Positions 16,455 to 19,966 of a stretch of 19,966 bases of DNA are shown here, one piece after another. Numbering within the stretch: position 1 is the first letter of the stretch; each line of letters begins with the position of its first letter. Where the stretch lies: contig JBHLMP010000060.1 in assembly GCA_048938025.1 (NCBI GenBank), positions 1-19,966 on the forward strand, in the 5' to 3' direction. Both the position numbers and the translations under genes were made by a program. Under the pieces are notes generated by a model. It was not told the origin of the DNA and did no database searches. It saw only the letters and a program-made list of their open reading frames with translations. Source of the DNA: Promethearchaeota archaeon. Its GTDB lineage: Archaea > Asgardarchaeota > Lokiarchaeia > Sigyniarchaeales > SOKP01.

Positions 16455-17234
16455 CTAATCTCTAAAGCCATAGTAAGCATTAACAAGGAGTAGTAAAATT
16501 CCTTTAAGAGAGAGTGTATAGTTAAAAGCAGGCAAATCTAAGATATTATATTGAAATTCTATTGTAAAAAGTATTAAAGCTGTAAAAACAACTAATAACA
16601 TTATATATGAGATAATATTTTTACCCTTTTTATCCCACCAGGTTTGTTTTTGTTGTAATAGTTTATCTACAACTTCATAAATAGATAATGATTGAAAATT
16701 TTCTATAAGATCCATTTTTGCTCTAATGTCCTTCTTTTTTCCGTAGTTTACAATCCCTCTTACGATGACACCGACAAAGAAAAGACCAACTATAATAATC
16801 AGATCAAATATTTTATTAGTAGCTTCAAATGGAATATCGGGTTCTATTAGCAACATTATAGTTAATAATAATACCATTGAAATCCTTACAGAATATTTCG
16901 GTAAGTAAAGTGGTTTCTTTTCCTTTTTCTCTTCTTCTCGAAATTTTTCAGGATCCCTTATTTCTTCAACAATTCTTTTTACTCTCTCAACGCTACTTTT
17001 TCTCGCCTCAAAATAAAAAGCCACTAATATAAAAATAGCGTTAATGATTAATTCTGGAACATTACCCCCAAAAAAGATATAATGAAAGGGAAAAGCAATA
17101 ATAATTAAAGTAATATATGCCCTAACTGTTCCACGAGGCATTCCAAGAGGCTCACCTTCCACTTTTCCATCTACTGAAAAGCGATTTATTAAGCACCAAA
17201 TAGCTAAAATTCCAGCTAAAATCCAACTTATCAT
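16455..17234 (-). CDS. Hypothetical multi-pass membrane protein with internal repeat
   Basis: About seven hydrophobic segments; the motif PLGMPRGTVR recurs as PLYLPKYSVR, each followed by a TM pair. Confidence 0.8.
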   Translation of the reverse strand: MISWILAGILAIWCLINRFSVDGKVEGEPLGMPRGTVRAYITLIIIAFPFHYIFFGGNVPELIINAIFILVAFYFEARKSSVERVKRIVEEIRDPEKFREEEKKEKKPLYLPKYSVRISMVLLLTIMLLIEPDIPFEATNKIFDLIIIVGLFFVGVIVRGIVNYGKKKDIRAKMDLIENFQSLSIYEVVDKLLQQKQTWWDKKGKNIISYIMLLVVFTALILFTIEFQYNILDLPAFNYTLSLKGILLLLVNAYYGFRD

Positions 17235-17347
17235 ATTATTTTTATAAACCTGTAATCGGAATTAAGTTAATAATAATTTCTATAAAAATAAATTTATTCT
17301 ATATAGTCAATATAGGGATGATAAATTGCTATGATATCAGAGTATTA

Positions 17348-17860
17348 TTAAGAATGATGATGCTCATGATCACAGCTACCATCACAACTCATCCCGATAT
17401 AGAAGGGATTGGGAACAGGATCAGGTTCTAAATCTTTCTCTAATAATTTTATTGTTAATTTTAATGTCTTTCCAGCCAAGGGGGGATTCATATCTATAAT
17501 GACAAAATCATCTTCAATTAATCTAATCCAAGCAGGAGAGGACATCCCATTAGGTCCCACATATTCTATCTGTTTGCCAATTAGAATGTTATTGAAATCT
17601 GATAATTGTGATTTTGGAATTTTTTCTAGCAATAGAGGATCAAACTGACCAAAAGCTTCTTCCGGCTTAAGAATTGTTTCTTTTACCTCACCTACTTCCA
17701 TTCCAATTAAATTCTGCTCAAAACCTCTAAATACTTGCCCATATCCGATATGAACTTTTATAGGTCCACCGTAACTTATTTCACTTGAATCATATAACTT
17801 GCCATTCTCATCACTTATTACATATTCAACTTTGACAATATCTCCTTTTTGTACTCCCAA
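17348..17860 (-). CDS. slyD: SlyD-like FKBP-type peptidyl-prolyl isomerase with Cys/His tail
   Basis: GDIVKVEY, YDSS, GFEQNLIGMEVGE, PEEAFG, insert-in-flap region, DMNPPLAGKTL, tail CDGSCDHEHHHS; GGTGA RBS and TTG start. Confidence 0.88.
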   Translation of the reverse strand: MGVQKGDIVKVEYVISDENGKLYDSSEISYGGPIKVHIGYGQVFRGFEQNLIGMEVGEVKETILKPEEAFGQFDPLLLEKIPKSQLSDFNNILIGKQIEYVGPNGMSSPAWIRLIEDDFVIIDMNPPLAGKTLKLTIKLLEKDLEPDPVPNPFYIGMSCDGSCDHEHHHS

Positions 17861-17958
17861 TCTACTTCACCAAATTTATTATTGATCTAATTATCAATAC
17901 AATCTTTATTAGTTAATTGGTTATGAAACAAAAATGCGAATCAGAGTCCTTTTTAAAA

Positions 17959-18330
17959 TCAACTAGCAATAGATCTTGCTAAAAAATAGGCAATTATAAA
18001 AACTATGAGGGTTATAACTGAAAGAAACCAGAAATAAGTATAGTGTATATTTATAAACATTATTCCTAAAACAACTGGTATTGCTGTAAGAAGCAAAATA
18101 TCCTTACGCTCAATTGGTTTACGATCAGCCCAAATTAGGAGAATTATCCATCCTAACATTAAAAATGCCCCTGTTCCTGTTTGGTATTTATAAGAAATGT
18201 CTGTGCTGACATTCTCTATTGAAACCGAAAATCCGAATATCACAGAAATAATCATATCAAAAAAGACCAATAGATCAAGCAAAGCACCATACCAGTATGT
18301 GAACCTTATAAATAATAATCTTCTTTCCAT
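17959..18330 (-). CDS. Small hypothetical membrane protein (about 4 TM)
   Basis: Four hydrophobic segments; LMLGW..LLIWADRKPIER loop motif. Confidence 0.8.
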   Translation of the reverse strand: MERRLLFIRFTYWYGALLDLLVFFDMIISVIFGFSVSIENVSTDISYKYQTGTGAFLMLGWIILLIWADRKPIERKDILLLTAIPVVLGIMFINIHYTYFWFLSVITLIVFIIAYFLARSIAS

Positions 18331-18381
18331 ATTATGTATTCTTTTGTTTCTTTTGATTATTCTTTAGAATATTACTTCAAA

Positions 18382-18729
18382 TTATTTCAAATTTATAGTT
18401 AATTTTTCCAAATTTAGTTTCCATACTTTTTCAGGAGCTCTTTTACTTTCACTCGGTTTATAATCTGATTCAATAATACCTACACTTTCTAATTCTCTAA
18501 GATGATAATATAAGGATGGTTTCTTTAAATCTTTAAAATCCCCTTTACCGCACATTCCATGACACTGGTTATTACCACCTATATTTTCACTCACACTTTT
18601 AAGATGATTAAATATTTCATCAGAAGTTTTTGGGCCATCTCGTAAAATATCTATCAAAACCCATCGAATTTGACAATGTAAAGCTTTTATGTAAGTGCCA
18701 ATATTTTCAAGATCTATTTCTTTTGTCAT
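18382..18729 (-). CDS. ArsR/SmtB-like winged-helix regulator with a CHGMC insert
   Basis: KAL..IRWVLIDILRDGPKTSDEIF...SLYYHLRELESVGII pattern, with an extra loop NQCHGMCGKG before the recognition helix. Confidence 0.82.
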   Translation of the reverse strand: MTKEIDLENIGTYIKALHCQIRWVLIDILRDGPKTSDEIFNHLKSVSENIGGNNQCHGMCGKGDFKDLKKPSLYYHLRELESVGIIESDYKPSESKRAPEKVWKLNLEKLTINLK

Positions 18730-18750
18730 ATCTTATAATATAAAAGATTC

Positions 18751-18803
18751 AAAAGATTTAAATATATGGTTTGATTAGTTTAATCTATCATTTAACTAAT
18801 TAA
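18751..18803. promoter_or_regulatory. Divergent promoter: TATA-like TTTAAATA plus imperfect inverted repeat (candidate operator)
   Basis: Purine run plus TTTAAATA at 18751-18764. TTGATTAGTTTAA (18771-18783) and TTTAACTAATTAA (18791-18803) pair at 11 of 13 positions. Confidence 0.45.
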
Positions 18804-18833
18804 AATTAAAATTGAAAAAAAGGTAATAAAAAA

Positions 18834-18998
18834 ATGAAAATAAAAGAAACAGAAGATTGTGCTTGTGATAAGCCTGAAATAAAAGAAAAGCATCCACAAG
18901 GGTGTACTTTAAATCAAGTTATCAAATGTCATGGAGATCAACCACTCAACGAGCTTTTAAAGCACATTAAATTAGAAGAAGAAAAAAAACAAGAATAA
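18834..18998 (+). CDS. 54-aa Cys/His-rich putative metal-binding microprotein (MKIKETEDCACDKPEIKEKHPQGCTLNQVIKCHGDQPLNELLKHIKLEEEKKQE)
   Basis: Hand translation, missing from the ORF track. AGGT RBS-like motif upstream; 4 Cys and 3 His; ends 21 nt before the ABC ATPase start. Confidence 0.8.
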   Translation: MKIKETEDCACDKPEIKEKHPQGCTLNQVIKCHGDQPLNELLKHIKLEEEKKQE

Positions 18999-19019
18999 CC
19001 TTATAAAGAAGGTGTTATA

Positions 19020-19966
19020 ATGAACGCGATTAGTGTAAATAATCTAAGTAAGCATTTCATACCACCCAAAAGAGGAAAACATAATAAAATGGGACCAAAT
19101 GGTCCCCAGGAAACAATGAGTACTATTCGTGCTGTCGATGATATTAGCTTTGAAGTAAAAAAAGGAGAGATTTTTGGATTTTTAGGACCAAATGGGGCAG
19201 GTAAAACAACTACCATAAGAATGATGACAGGCGTATTAAAACCATCTGAAGGGAATGTTTCAATATTTGGGAAGGATGTATGGAAAAATCCAATTATCGT
19301 CAAGCAAATTACTGGAAATGTTCCTGAGGAAGCTAATGTATATTTTGAGATGTCAGGATTACAGAATTTAATGTTTATTGGAGAAATTTATGGTGTACCT
19401 AAAAAAGTTCGCTTAGAACGAGCAGAGACTCTACTTAATAAATTCGAATTATATGAAAAACGTAATTTGAAATCAATGAAATACTCTAAAGGAATGAAAC
19501 AGAGATTATTGTTATGTATGGCATTAATGAGTAATCCAGAAATCTTATTTCTTGACGAACCGACAAGTGGACTAGATGTACAATCTGCTCGTATAATTAA
19601 ACAATTGATAAAAGAATACAATAAAAACGGTGTAACAATCTTCCTTACGACTCATGATATGGAGGTTGCAAATGAATTGTGTCATAGAATTGCTATAATA
19701 AATCATGGTAAAATTATCAGTTTAGATTCTCCAGAAAATTTAAAGAAGTTAACTCAAGAATATAAGGCAATCGATTTTTATTTTGCCAATGGAATAAATA
19801 AAACTAAAATTCAAGAATTGGATACAGTAAGAGAAGTTCAAGAGGTAAGAGAAGGTTTTCATGTGATCGTGGAAGATATTCATGAGGGTATCTGTGAAAT
19901 TGTAGATTTCATTAAAAATAATCATCTTATTATAAAGCAATTGAATACCCATCAACCTAAGTTGGA
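19020..19966 (+). CDS. ABC-2/DrrA-type exporter ATP-binding subunit (3' end outside the window)
   Basis: Hand translation from the ATG at 19020: Walker A GPNGAGKTT, signature YSKGMKQR, Walker B ILFLDEP, H-loop TTHDM. Open to the window end; AGGTG RBS. Confidence 0.95.
   Translation, partial: MNAISVNNLSKHFIPPKRGKHNKMGPNGPQETMSTIRAVDDISFEVKKGEIFGFLGPNGAGKTTTIRMMTGVLKPSEGNVSIFGKDVWKNPIIVKQITGNVPEEANVYFEMSGLQNLMFIGEIYGVPKKVRLERAETLLNKFELYEKRNLKSMKYSKGMKQRLLLCMALMSNPEILFLDEPTSGLDVQSARIIKQLIKEYNKNGVTIFLTTHDMEVANELCHRIAIINHGKIISLDSPENLKKLTQEYKAIDFYFANGINKTKIQELDTVREVQEVREGFHVIVEDIHEGICEIVDFIKNNHLIIKQLNTHQPKL

Noticed and set aside
17409-17648. 79-aa plus-strand ORF
   Set aside because: Antisense shadow of the SlyD-like gene.
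19001-19955. Three minus-strand ORFs (100, 77, 68 aa)
   Set aside because: Shadows of the plus-strand ABC ATPase, which the track omitted because it has no stop in the window.

Overview
A strongly AT-rich, gene-dense archaeal window. Assignment to an Asgard archaeon (Lokiarchaeia-like) is my inference from a Roadblock/LC7 protein, archaeal GGTGA/GAGGT ribosome-binding sites, TTG/GTG starts, and the mix of AOR, GH4 and duplicated HTH-[4Fe-4S] genes. Recognisable genes: Roadblock/LC7, nitroreductase, radical SAM, HIRAN, TIGR04076-like, a tandem two-domain MoaD/SAMP ubiquitin-like protein, pyruvate kinase, aldehyde:ferredoxin oxidoreductase, a GH4 glycosidase, a SAM methyltransferase, two paralogous Fe-S proteins, a SlyD-like PPIase, an ArsR-like regulator and an ABC ATPase running off the right end. 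I found several things the ORF track misses: (1) a 54-aa Cys/His-rich gene divergent from the ArsR-like gene and upstream of the ABC ATPase, with an inverted repeat in the shared promoter, which is a candidate metal-response module; (2) a 47-aa zinc-finger-like gene and a truncated duplicate that flank a p24/GOLD-like type I membrane protein; (3) a structured leader with a 15-codon uORF upstream of the GH4 gene. I saw no rRNA, tRNA, CRISPR array or transposase.
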